A DNA stretch of 63,233 nucleotides, the filler included, from Octopus bimaculoides (Eukaryota), in assembly GCF_001194135.2 (NCBI RefSeq). It is 5 parts of 4 records of this genome, joined end to end, with 100 filler letters (N's around TTAATTAATTAA, not from the genome) between each part and the next. Parts side by side here need not be neighbours in the genome. Positions count along the whole stretch, not along the records: positions 13,494 to 40,332 come from NC_068983.1; positions 40,433 to 56,000 come from NC_068983.1; 3 more parts are not named here. One strand, written 5' to 3'. The notes under the pieces are model-generated. The model did not search any database, had not been told where the DNA came from, and worked only from the letters and a program-made list of their open reading frames with translations. The stretch's first letter is position 1; every line of letters begins with the position of its first letter. This document shows positions 39,301 through 51,053 of the stretch, in pieces. A program made the position numbers and the translations under genes.

Positions 39301-39455
39301 TCAATTATGTTCATACAAACATTGAGATACACATATATATGTATGTATAAACATATACACATGAGCACGCGCACACATACGGAATCATAGACGATTATAT
39401 CTACATTTGTGCTGAGAGTATAGCACATCCCTATAAATGCAGACTTTCTATGTAA

Positions 39456-39508
<53 letters not shown>

Positions 39509-39699
39509 CATATATATATACATATAAATATATAAATATATACACATATATACTTATATGAATATATTCATATACGTACATACACAGACACAAACACACA
39601 GACACACATATATGTATATAAATGTGGATATACATGTGGCCTGGAGGATTGATATAACAAACGATACTCTATTTTTGCATACATCACCAAGATGGTGGT

Positions 39700-40310
39700 A
39701 ACATATATGCCAATGATCGAAGAAATTCTGTGAAGTTTCAAAACAAAGGACCGGGTAACTCGACTTGTTCTATGAAGGACCTATATTAATATCCCTCTGG
39801 ACTACTACACTCAACCGTTGTCAGCCTAGACTGCTAAGTTAGTAGTAGGTATCAAAGTAGTACGGCGATGCTGTATGAAGAATATTGAATAAATGAATCA
39901 TTTGAACCACCAGGAGAGACTGAAAGAATTACGATTCTACTCTCTTGAGCGAAGGAAATATATGCAGTGATATACGTACTTGAGAGGGTCGCGTCAAGTT
40001 GATGTCAGGCGTTGTGTCAGTTCCCGAACATTACGCCTCTGAAGTCATTAGGCTACACCCGGCTAATACAAAACCAAAATCCTGTCGAAATCTAGATGTT
40101 GTTAGAGTAGATGATCTCAAGAGACATTTTGATTTTCTACTCTCCAACATCGTAGTCGAAACTACGTAAAGGCAAACACCCAAATTAGGGCAACAGTATC
40201 TAACTCCTTCATCCACAAAAACCAAAGCCATGAGAGTGTCTATTGAAAATGTGATGAGTCTGGCGGCAGTCCAGCATGACTACACCCTTTGCACTGAAAT
40301 GAATGAAATA
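39700..40310 (+). mobile_element. Decayed CR1/L2-type LINE RT C-terminus and 3' tail
   Basis: LDYYTQPL...ERLKELRFYSLERRK...PKSCRNLDVVRVDDLKRHFDFLLS; tail ggcggcagtccagcatgactacacc...actgaaatg. Confidence 0.7.
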
Positions 40311-40432
40311 TATGTATATATATACATATATANNNNNNNNNNNNNNNNNNNNNNNNNNNNNNNNNNNNNNNNNNNNTTAATTAATTAANNNNNNNNNNNN
40401 NNNNNNNNNNNNNNNNNNNNNNNNNNNNNNNN

Positions 40433-40795
40433 AAAGGTACCGTCCACTGCATCTCACATAAGAACGAGATACTGCAGCAGCCGCGGTTTCAGAGGACCTC
40501 AGCTCTTCAATGCCCTGCCAAAACATTTGAGAGACATGCAAGACATGGATGCGGAGGTCTTCAAGACAAAACTTGACGCTTTCCTCTCCACGATACCAGA
40601 CGAACCAATGGCTCGTAATGAGACGCAGTTTAGGGCGGCTGTGTCAAATTCTCTTATACACCAGATGTGCCATCAAAACTCTTGATTGGACCATGTCAGG
40701 TGGGGGAGAAGAGCCATGCAAGGAACGTGAAAATTACGGTGGTGCACCAGCATGACCACAGCCACTTGGCTGAAACACATAAATAAATAGATAAA
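40433..40795 (+). mobile_element. CR1/L2-type LINE 3' end (ORF2 C-terminus + 3' UTR)
   Basis: KVPSTASHIRTRYCSSRGFRGPQLFNALPKHLRDMQDMDAEVFKTKLDAFLSTIPDEPMARNETQFRAAVSNSLIHQMCHQNS*, then tail ggtggtgcaccagcatgaccacagccacttggctgaaacac(ataa)n. Confidence 0.85.
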
Positions 40796-40925
40796 TATAC
40801 ATACATACATACACATATACATATATATGTATAAATATATATATATCTATGTATATATATATATATATAAACATATATATATATATATACATAGATACAT
40901 ACATATATATGTATATAATATATAC

Positions 40926-40986
<61 letters not shown>

Positions 40987-40992
40987 TTATAT

Positions 40993-41038
<46 letters not shown>

Positions 41039-41888
41039 TGTGTGTCTGTGCACAAAATTGAATAATTTTTATGGTGTAGTTGTGTGAATGTGTATGAGTA
41101 TATATGTGCTTATCGTTTGTGCTGATATACAGATGTCCAGTTCATACATAAACATATGTGGTATTATTGACTAAAATCAACAACATACATAAAACGGAAT
41201 GCGTAAAAGTGTTTAGAAAATATATAGAAATATTTCTTTGGAGAATTAAATGTTGAATACTTTCAAGTAAAAAGAAAACAGAGATTTATTTAACAATTCA
41301 TTTATTTGGTTTAGTTATTAGTTGTATCTGGTTAGACTAGTGTTAGTATTAAAGAGATTAACTAGGAATTATTCTTAATAGTCTGATCTTCAGAAGAGAT
41401 ATTTTGCTAATGATTTATCTTGGTTGGAGTTTTTCTGATCTGTCTTAATAAATCCATATATATATTTTAAATCTTATTTTTTCCTGATATGTTTTGTAGA
41501 GAATTTGTTTCTGTTGAGCATTTTGACTCACAAAATAATTGTGAACACTCATCAGTTTTGTTTCTTTATCTAAACATATTATCTGAATAATTTTGTCTTC
41601 TGTAATTCACACTATGTAAATTTATTGAAATACATTTAAATCATTTTCATGTATGATATATTATAATTTGTACAACTAAAAATGATGCAATGTAGATACA
41701 AGTTTTGTGAATTTATGACCAAGTAAACTGATATACATAACAGCATTTATGACATGGGCCCAGGAGTTGTGATGGTTTGCTGTACTTGGGAAGACATATC
41801 AAGCTAACTAAAATGACTGTCATCCATACATGTATATTATTTACATTATTTACATTTGATGAATATTTGTCCTCATCTTGTTTGTTAA

Positions 41889-41930
41889 CACAACGTTATG
41901 GCTGATATACTCTCCAGCCTACATCAGGTG
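41889..41930 (-). ncRNA. Decayed minimal type I hammerhead in a putative PLE terminus (about 41830-41970)
   Basis: CAC CTGATGT A GGCTG gagagtatat CAGCC ATAA CGT T GTG. All three stems are intact; core changes are A9>U, G12>A and A13>U. Confidence 0.65.
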
Positions 41931-41971
41931 TCTTGGGGAAATTTCAAACCTGGGTTCTCATTCCTAAGGTA

Positions 41972-42015
41972 TGTGGTTGGTAAGCAAGCTACTTCCCACA
42001 CAGCCACTCCTGCGC
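41972..42015 (-). mobile_element. SINE family C head fragment
   Basis: Reverse complement ggagtggctgtgtgggaagtagcttgcttaccaaccaca. Confidence 0.7.
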
Positions 42016-42340
42016 CTTATAGAAACTTTTCTTCAAAATTCTTATTTTGTTTTCCATCCATTAACTTGTGTAGGTTGAACTATGTAGAACATTCAAGAAA
42101 GAAATCTAGCTGTTTCTTGCAATACATACCATTACAAACATCTAAAGCAAAATTTTTTCTGAGAAACTGTAAAATACTATTGTGAATCCCTAATATATTA
42201 TTTTGTAGTGTAAATCACCAAAAATCTTATAGGGACCCTCATGCGCCATGTGGACCCCCGTTGAAGACCTTTCATGTAGAGACTCATTCTGTAGCTGTTC
42301 TTGTTTAGCCTTAGTTTGTTCCTAATCTAGCAGACCAATA

Positions 42341-42602
42341 ATGAATAATAGTAAATGCACCCTTATAAAGCCTATCCAGACTCATGGGCCCGGTTTTCCA
42401 GTTTCAATGGTGCATGTGTTCCCAGCTGGACAGGACACCAGTCCATTGTAGCTTTATTCATTTTTACCAGCTGAGAAGACAGGAGCAACGTGAAATGAAG
42501 TGTTTTGCTCAAGAACACAACGCGTTGCCCAGTCCAGGAATCGAAACCACAATCTTACGATCACGGTGCTGACACCCTAACCACTAAACCACGTGCCTCC
42601 AC
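42341..42602 (-). mobile_element. Full-length SINE family B with 14-bp TSD
   Basis: Reverse-complement match to 22511-22775. TSD ctagcagaccaata at 42327-42340 and 42603-42616. Confidence 0.92.
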
Positions 42603-42636
42603 CTAGCAGACCAATACCAAAAGTTTATTTCAGACA

Positions 42637-42816
42637 AAATACTTAGCAGCATTTCATCTCTCTTTACACTCTGAGTTCAAATTCTGTCAAGGTCAGCTTT
42701 GCCTTTCACCCTTTAGGGCTCAGTAAATTTAGTACCAGTCAAATACTGGGGTCGATGTAATCGACTAGCCCCCTCCCTCAAAATTCTAGGCCTTGTGCCT
42801 TCAGTAGAAAGGATTA
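42637..42816 (+). mobile_element. 5'-truncated SINE family A
   Basis: ctgagttcaaattctgtcaaggtcagctttgcctttcacc...ggccttgtgccttcagtagaaagg. Confidence 0.8.
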
Positions 42817-43278
42817 ACATAACTATTCAATGTTATTTTCCTTTTCACAAATGCGATTTGCAAGAGACTGGTTGAGAATTTAAGCAGATTTAATAACTTT
42901 CGAGTAGTTACTTCATTCTTTTCTTCTGACAAATACTTTTCAAATGTATTTCTCTGCAAGTTTAGACACATTATCAAATCCATAACTACCTGTCCAACTT
43001 TCTGTTCAGACAGTATAGTTATAATTGCTTATGATGGAAACTGAAAGCTACAACATGTGTTGGTAGAAAGAATGAAATTAATGTATCAAATTCACATAAC
43101 AGATTTTATTCGGTGCATTTTGTCAACGTATGCAATTATGCACAACTGTGAAGTAGAGAGGTTGGGAGCCCCTGGAAAACTGTTTGGAAACCCCTGAAAC
43201 ACTGTTTGGAGGCTTAACTTGGTCTTAATTCAAAAACTAAACTGAAATTTCATGCATCACAGAAGCCTTCTGTTTCTG

Positions 43279-43309
<31 letters not shown>

Positions 43310-44900
43310 GTCTATATCTCTATCTGTCTTTGTCTGTCTGTCTCTCTCTCTCTTTCAGCTGTACTTGCTGAATCAGTTTAATGAAATGCTTGTCAATGTT
43401 AATATTTTGCTGTTGTGTGCAATAGTAAGTTGTTCCTATCCAGTGTTGTTTGTATCAACTTCTTGGCCATTACCTTTTAACTCATCTAGACATACACTCA
43501 AAAACACATCCTGTATCTCTTAATGCTTGATTACATTATCCTTAAAGGCTTAATTGATCTTCATGTAATCTAACATTATCAAGTCAGTCTGACCAGACTA
43601 GTATCTCTAAATCTATCGATTATTTATGGAAGGGGAAAATAAAATATGCAAAGTTTCAACAGAAGTCAAATGATTCAATGGAAATTTTGAACTGGGTAAA
43701 GTTTAAAATACATTTAGTTTCATGAAAAACGAATGCAAAATTCCCTTTGTTTATCAGTGTAATTAAGAGATATAATGAACAATGGTTTCAGGCTATCTAT
43801 CTGTCCTAATTAGAAATGTTTGCAAGTAAATCTAGGATAAAAGTTGCCTTCTCTTTTGAAGCATTGATTACATTCAGTATAAAAGGTTGACTTTACAATG
43901 ATAGCCTTAAAAAGTCCAATACACTTTCATCATTTAAGAAGTCATGATTAAACAGAAATTTCCATCTGAAGTTACCAATTGTTATATATATGATCATTTC
44001 TTTAATTTGGTCTTCAGAATGTGTCTTTGAGTTGATAAAGGTTACTCAGTGAAATTCATGGTTTGGTCAACCAATGATTAATTCCTTATTTAATGGGTTT
44101 CTCATTATTGTACTACAATTCTTTCCCTATTGTTTCAGATGAGATTTAACATCCTTCTTCTTTTCAAATAGTCATGAAAAAAGTTTCAAAGAAAGCCTTG
44201 TTGAGCAACTTACATTATTAAACAGCTTGCTTGTGAAATCCGGCATTGTTCACATGATTAATCAAATACTAAGTGAATGTTCTGAAGAAACAATTAGAAT
44301 GCCATAAAACATTTGCATAATTAGAGCCTTTCATTTGATCAATTAGAGTCTTTCCTTTTGTATTATAGAGTGTGTGTGACTGACTACAGAAGAAGAAGTT
44401 TAATATGAAGATAATGTATGGCTAAATCCTGGAAAATCAGATCCTTATCTTATAAATCTGTGATTTTGTATTTTGACAATAATCTTATGGATCCCATGCA
44501 CAAAAGATAGATCCCTTTTCTCTCACCAAACCCAATTGTAATTAGGCAGCAAAATCGATAAATACAATGTAGGAGGAACTAATTAGAGGGTCTCTATATG
44601 GTCTCTTGCCATGCTGAAAATAAAAGACTATATTCTACAATTAACTCTCTAATCTCTAAAATAAAGAAGAGACACATTAGATTATTTACTCTAAGAAACT
44701 ACCAAAAATACTTCAATAGTCATGGGTGAAATATCTTTGGTTATAAGGTTAAGCAACAACAATAACAGCAAAAACAGCAATACAGTGTGTGCCAAACTGC
44801 CTCTGTATCCAACAATAAAGGTTTTGCACCTGGATAAAAATGTATGTCTACATGTAAAAACGTTGTGAAAATTGGATCATTTTCATGAATTAAATCATAG

Positions 44901-45063
44901 GCTTCTGTGCCAGTGGCACGTAAATAGCACACTTTGAGTATGATCGTTACCAGCATCGCCTTACTGGTACTTGTGCCAGTGGCACAGTGCTACTGGACTG
45001 GCTCCTGTGCAGGTGCCACGTAAAAAACACCATTTTGAGCATGGCTGTTGCCAGTACCGCCTG
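44901..45063 (+). mobile_element. Family D fragment (about 65-bp internal tandem units)
   Basis: gtgccagtggcacg...ctggactggctcctgtgcaggtgccacgtaaaaaacaccattttgagc units. Confidence 0.8.
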
Positions 45064-45079
45064 GGTATTTAAAATGTTT

Positions 45080-45260
45080 TGCTAGAACGAAAGATAAATG
45101 GCAAATGCACAAGACAAGGACCTAGAACAAACTGGTTTGATAACATCAAGGACTGGACTTAAACTCTCATATGGTGAATGTGTAAAAATGGCAAAGAAAA
45201 TTATCAAATAGGGATCCTTGATATTCAACCTACTAAAAGCAGAAGACACCAGATAAAAAG
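45080..45260 (+). mobile_element. RTE-type LINE ORF2 3' end
   Basis: LERKINGKCTRQGPRTNWFDNIKDWT...ECVKMA...NLLKAEDT (G.R.RGRPR.TW.D.IK.W-like). Confidence 0.65.
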
Positions 45261-46025
45261 AACAATCACGATAGAGAGAGTAAAGCGGATAAGCTATCCT
45301 GGAACTCCAGAAATGGTTCAAATACTTGCAACAAGACACTCAAGGACTAGATAGCAGTGTTAAAAAGGCAATAGATTAAATCTACCAGCGAAGAATTCAG
45401 AACATAAAGAGCCAGCATCAGATAACAGGTACAGCGTCTTCCTATTTGCTAAAATTTTGAAGGAAAATATTTTAATTTCAAATTTCAGTAGAAGTAATTT
45501 TATCTTTTATCTTTTGATAACAGAAGGAATACATATATATATATATATACACATATATATATTGACTGATTCAGATGTATCTACACTTCCTCTAATAGTC
45601 AAAAAGCTTCCATCAAAAGAAATCAAAGTATACTTGATGTTTGTTGTCACTAATTAAAATATTTGTGATTCTTCTTTTTAATGACATTATCATAGATATA
45701 TGATGTAAATATGATTCTTAGAGAAGAATCAACTTAAATGAAACGAGTTCATAATCCAATATAAATGTTAATTTATAATTCTGAAACAACCAACTAAACT
45801 CAGATCAACAGGAGGTAATGGGGTTGGTTGGGACATTCCCTACAAAAGCCCATTTACATTATTATAAGGTAAGACTTCCTACAGAAACCGAAAAGGAAAC
45901 AAAATGATGGTATATGAAAACCATTATGAAGAAACATCTCAGAAACTGTTACAATGGTAGGTAGCTACAGCTGGAGACAACTGCAATCGAATGCCAAAGA
46001 TTGAGAGAGACAGAAATTTCATGTT

Positions 46026-46357
46026 GGTGAGCGAGCTGGCAGAAATGTTAGCACGCCAGGTGAACTGCTTAGTGGTATTTCGTCTGTCTTTATGTTCTGA
46101 GTTCAAATTCCGCCGAGGTTGACTTTGCCTTTCATCCTTTCGGGGTCGATTAAATAAGTACCAGTTACGCATGCACTGGGGGGTCGATATTATCAACTTA
46201 ATCCATTTTTCTGTCCTTGTTTGTCCCCTCTGTGTGTAGCCCCTTGTTTGCAGTATGGAAATAAGAAACTTTAGCACACCAGGTGAAAGGCTTTGCAGTA
46301 TTTCGTCTGCCACTACATTCTGAGTTCAAATTCTGCTGAGGTCAACTTTACCTTTCA
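46026..46357 (+). mobile_element. Head-to-tail dimer of SINE family A
   Basis: Unit 1 (46026-46263) has tail ...gtgtgtagccccttg...ggaaata and is joined to unit 2 agaaactttagcacacc (46264-46357). The junction matches that at 18573/18574. Confidence 0.88.
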
Positions 46358-46440
46358 GCATGATACTGATATTGACCCTCGATTGACCCTGAGGTGATGA
46401 AAAGTAAAGTTTCTTTTGTTTTGTTTTTGCATTTTAGTCA

Positions 46441-46555
46441 AGGAGTAGCCGTGTGGTAAGTAGCTTGCTTACCAACCACATGGTTCAGGGTTCAGTCCCA
46501 CTGCGTGGTACCTTGGGCAAATGTCTTCTACTATAGCCTCGGGTCGACCAAAGAC
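46441..46555 (+). mobile_element. SINE family C head (tRNA + CORE-like)
   Basis: gtgtggtaagtagcttgcttaccaaccacatggttcagggttcagtcccactgcgtggtaccttgggcaaatgtcttctac. Confidence 0.85.
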
Positions 46556-46649
46556 AGGGCAGGAAGTTATCTAAGTTATCTATAAATGTGAGATGTGATC
46601 TAAAAGCATACAAGAAACTGAAGTTCACTAAAGACACCCAAGGATCAAT

Positions 46650-46830
46650 GTGGCTTTGTGGTTAGGGATCTGGCTTCTTGCATTCTGGTATTGTGGTCTT
46701 GGGTTCAGTCTCACAGCACAGCATCTTGAGTGTCTTGTATTATAGACATGGGCCAATCAAAGCCTTATGAATGGGTTTGATAGACAGAAACTGAAAGAAG
46801 CATGTTGGTGTGTGTGTGTGTGTGTCTGCA
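46650..46830 (+). mobile_element. Degraded SINE family C
   Basis: gggttcagtctcacagcacagcatcttgagtgtctt...gtagacagaaactgaaagaagc-like segment followed by (GT)n. Confidence 0.7.
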
Positions 46831-47010
46831 TTGACATACAAGGATGGTTGTTAATTTCTAGTCTTCTGCAAAAATCATGCCTGGCCATGGGAAAATATTA
46901 TTATGGTTAGAGACAGGAAGAGCATCTGACTGTAGAAAATCTTCCCCGACAAATTCTCACTTTTCCATGCATGCACGGAAAAGTGGTTTTATTATTATTA
47001 TTATTATTAC

Positions 47011-47045
<35 letters not shown>

Positions 47046-47344
47046 GTTCAAATTCTACTGAGGCCGACTTTGCTTTTCATCCTTTTGGGGTCCCTTGACC
47101 ACAAATCCTCTACTCTAACCACTAACCCATGTGCCTCTACAAGAAACATGGGAGTGACTGTAAAATCATTCATATAACTTAAGATGGCTGAGCTAACTAT
47201 TTCAGAGAATTTATTGGACGTGCAGTAAATATATATTGCAATTTGGACTGAATAGATTTAATGAAGAGAATAGATGGAGTTTGAGGAATCTCTTCTCTTT
47301 CATCATTGTATAATGGTATTGTTGGAACTTCAGAAATAGGTAGC

Positions 47345-47622
47345 AGACTGTAATTGCATAGTTAAAAAGCTTACTTTGAAACCTTGTGGTCTCAGGTTCA
47401 ATCTCACAGTGCAGTAACCTGACCATGAGTCTTCTGCTATAACTCTGCGTCAACCAATGCCTTCTGAATGAATTTGGTTGTTGGAAACTGTGTGGAGCCT
47501 GTTTTATGTATGTGTGTGTGTTCATCTTTGTATCTATGTTTGTCACCTCCCCTCCACTTCATAACAGGTGCTGGTTTGTTTATGTCCCTGTAACTTTGTG
47601 TTTGTGATTTGGTAAAATAGAG

Positions 47623-47666
<44 letters not shown>

Positions 47667-48175
47667 TTAACGTCAGCTTTCCATGCTAGCATGGGTTGGA
47701 CGATTTGACTGAGGACTGGCGAACCAGAAGGCTGCACTAGGCGCCAATCTGATCTGGCAAGGTTTCTACAGCTGGATGCCCTTCCTAACACCAACCAATC
47801 CGAGAGTGTAGTGGGTGCTTTTATGTGCCACCAGCACAAGGGCCAGTCTGGCAGTACTGGCAACGGCCATGCTCAAATGGTATTTTTTATGTGCCACCTG
47901 CATAAGAGTCAGTCCAGCGGCACTGACAACGACCTTGCTCAAATGGTGCTTTTTATGTGCCACTGGCACGGAAGCCAGACAGCTGCTCTGGCAGTAAACC
48001 TGCTCAGATGGTGCTGTTAGCGCTCCACTGGCATGAGTGCCATGATAAAAAAAATTAGCAGATGAAAAAAGAAATCACAAGTACTGGGACTGATTCTTCT
48101 GACTTAAACCATTTAAGGTGATGCCTCAGCATGGCCACATTTCAATGACTGAAACAATAAAAGAATGATAAAAAA
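47345..48175 (+). mobile_element. Degraded SINE family C interrupted by a family D insertion
   Basis: Head and body 47345-47621, family D on the minus strand in the middle, tail ...ggtgatgcctcagcatggccac...gactgaaacaataaaag resumes at about 48050-48175. Confidence 0.7.
47622..48040 (-). mobile_element. Family D element: three about 65-bp units, GGAAGGGCATCCAGCTGTAGAAAC block, (GAT)n tail
   Basis: Matches 62286-62940; ends ...gcatggaaagctgacgttaaa(tga)n on the minus strand. Confidence 0.88.
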
Positions 48176-48990
48176 TAAGTATTTCTCAATTACATTTACT
48201 GTTGTATGTTTTAACAGCTCGATTTGGGTGAACATGGGTTAAAATGTCACCTGTGAAACATCTAATACAAAGCAAAACAGATTATCATTCTAAACCTAAC
48301 CGAGTGACCTTCTGTGAAATACTATTTTGCTTAAGAACAACAACAAATAAAAACACGAAAATAAAACCAGAATTAAGCTGAATTAAATTATAAGAAAACA
48401 TAAATCATGACATATACTCAACAATATTACAAGTAAGAATATATGAGATTAAATAATGTAATTTGTTGAAGAAAATAAAGTTGTTACACACTTGAAATCT
48501 TTGGGTTATTTTCTACATGTTGGAGTTTGTTTATTCATATATGTGTGCAGTATGTGAGTCTGTGTGTATGACCACATGCGTGTGGTTGTGTATATGTATG
48601 TGTTAGTCTGTATTTAGTAGATATATGTACATATTTAGATATATGTGTATGAACATGTATTTATTTCTTACTAGACACAAGTTTCATAAAACTACAAAAT
48701 ATAGATATCCACCACACTACCACACAGGAAATGTACTTCCTATAACTGTTTTATCTCGATTTGAATGTACGTGAAGGTATTTAGAATGCCCAAACTTATT
48801 TCTGCAAATTTGCTAAGCACTGATGCTGATCATAGTTTAACCAGTAAGCGTAGGAGTGAAGTAAAAGCAGTAAAAATGGTAGAGGAAGGGGGGGGAGCAA
48901 TAGGGCCACATTTAAGTGGGTCCATGAAAAGATCCCTGATGAATGTTTACACACGGCACAAATGCACATACATATACACATATATACATA

Positions 48991-49034
<44 letters not shown>

Positions 49035-49044
49035 TATATATACA

Positions 49045-49160
49045 TGACAACCTTCTTTCAGCTTCCATCTACCAAATCTACTGATAAGTCTTTGGGACTG
49101 AACCCAGAACCACGAGGTTGGGAAGCACGGTTCTTATCACATAGCAAAACCTGTGCTTGT
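49045..49160 (-). mobile_element. SINE family C head, internally deleted
   Basis: Plus-strand text cttctttcagcttccatctaccaaat...gggactgaacccagaaccacgaggttgggaagc. Confidence 0.7.
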
Positions 49161-49165
49161 ATGTA

Positions 49166-49196
<31 letters not shown>

Positions 49197-49630
49197 GCTT
49201 GTGAATTAATTTTAGCAGACTGCAGAAGTGAATTCACAAGCACACATAGAGCATCCAAAGGTACATTTTTTTCCTTCTGATGACATTATGCTCATGTCAC
49301 ATAATTGCAAATTTGATGTTTATTGAGTATCAAAAGAAACGGCTGTAAGTGAAGATGACCAATTTGCTGTTAATAATAACCAATTATTAACTTCTCAATT
49401 TCCATTTTCTTCTTTTAAATGAATATAAACTATATATATAAATATGTCGAGAGTATGAGAGGTATTGGTGTCAAAAAGGTACAGGAAACTTATATATACA
49501 CCATTCTGCTCAAAATGGAACTGCAAATACATTATCCTTATGCATCTCACTTTTATTTTCATTCCTTCACTTCCCTCTGTATTTCATATCTTCTCTATAA
49601 TAATTATTACTTAAACATTTTCTCGCACTA

Positions 49631-49676
49631 TCTCTGATGAAGGGATATATAAATTATCCCGGAAACAGCTGTAAGA
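49631..49676 (+). ncRNA. Minimal type I hammerhead ribozyme; predicted cleavage after A49673 (GUA)
   Basis: TCT CTGATGA A GGGATA tataaat TATCCC G GAAA CAGCTG T A AGA. Palindromic stem III ACAGCTGT; distal stem I AACATTT (49614-49620)/AAATGTT (49689-49695). Confidence 0.8.
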
Positions 49677-49742
49677 CCTTCTCTTTATAAATGTTCTGTA
49701 AACTATTCACAGCCTTGGATCTTTTTTATCTCATTCTGTCAA

Positions 49743-49785
<43 letters not shown>

Positions 49786-49905
49786 ATTATTTTAAGGGAA
49801 TTAATTCCTCAAAAATACCAGTATTTCCTTCCCTTCATGAAGTTAACACAACTTCTAATTAAATATATATATGTATGTATGAATGTATATATATATGTAT
49901 GTATG

Positions 49906-49963
<58 letters not shown>

Positions 49964-50711
49964 CATATGAATTTATTTATGAATAGTACCTGAGAAAATT
50001 CCAGACAATTGAAAGAAGATAACATTTCAATCTGCCATTTGTAATTACTTTCCAGCCAGTAAATGTTCATGATTAGTATTCATCATAAATTTAATTGAAA
50101 ATATTCAGAAATTTGTTACTCCCACTTGACAATAAAAATGTCACAGAAATGTTCATCTTGATGGTTATTCTTGTAATACATCAACTGAAATTACAATAAT
50201 TGCTATTTTGTTAATTTTATTCATGCCAGAATTTGTAGTTTTGTAAATATAGTGTTCCATTATTACATTTTTCATTCTTTTTTCTTTTGGTTTTTAAGCT
50301 TTTAATTTCATAGGTTTTAGTCATTGAATGATAACCATGTTAGGGTGGCACCTTCAAAAGTTTTAGTCTATCTTTTTTGACCGCAGTGTTTATTTAAATG
50401 TGATGTTTGATTTACCAGTTTGTAGTTGTCAAACTGCTAAATTATGAGGTATAAGGTGACATAGTGAAGGTGCATAGCTCCCAATCCTGAGGTAATGAGT
50501 TTTATTCCTGGACAGGGCTGTGTGTTATACTCTTGAGCAAGACCTTTTATTTCCTATTACTATCTCTCTTTACTGTGATTATATAATGTAATGAAGTTGA
50601 GTAGCAAGAGATCTTGAGTAATTACAATTTCAATAGACTTTCACTTTCACTTTCACTCATTAGATTGTAGCTGTTTTGGAGCACCACCTTTAAGGGTTTT
50701 AGTCAGTAATT

Positions 50712-51053
50712 TATGGCTTGGCTCAGTGGTTAGAGAATTAGCCTAACAATCATGAGGTAGTGATTTCGATTCCTGGACTGGGCTGTATGTTGTTTTCTTC
50801 AGCAAGACACTTTATTTCACATTACTCCAGTTCAATCAGCTGTAGAAATGAGCTGTGACATCGCTGATACCAAGCTGTATCGGCCTTTGCCTTTCTATTG
50901 GATAACATCGGTGGTATGGAGAGGAGAGACTGATATGCATGGGTAACTGCTGGTCTTCCATAAAAACCCTTGCCTGAACTTGTGCCTCAGAGGGTTAATG
51001 TTCTAGGTGAAATCCCATCATGGTCATTCATGACCGAAGGGGGTCTTTACCCC
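50712..51053 (+). mobile_element. tRNA-head SINE, family B head with a different, longer tail
   Basis: tggctcagtggttag A box, tttcgattcctgg B box, tail ...ggtcattcatgaccgaagggggtctttaccc. A second tail copy is at 51425-51537. Confidence 0.8.

Noticed and set aside
44121-44307. Possible host terminal exon (polypyrimidine tract + CAG, 54-codon open frame)
   Set aside because: From the best acceptor (44138) all three frames stop within 11 codons, and no recognisable protein similarity was seen.
47811-48035. Regularly spaced about 65-bp units as a CRISPR-like array
   Set aside because: The units are whole diverged tandem repeats without unique spacers, inside a eukaryotic retroposon.
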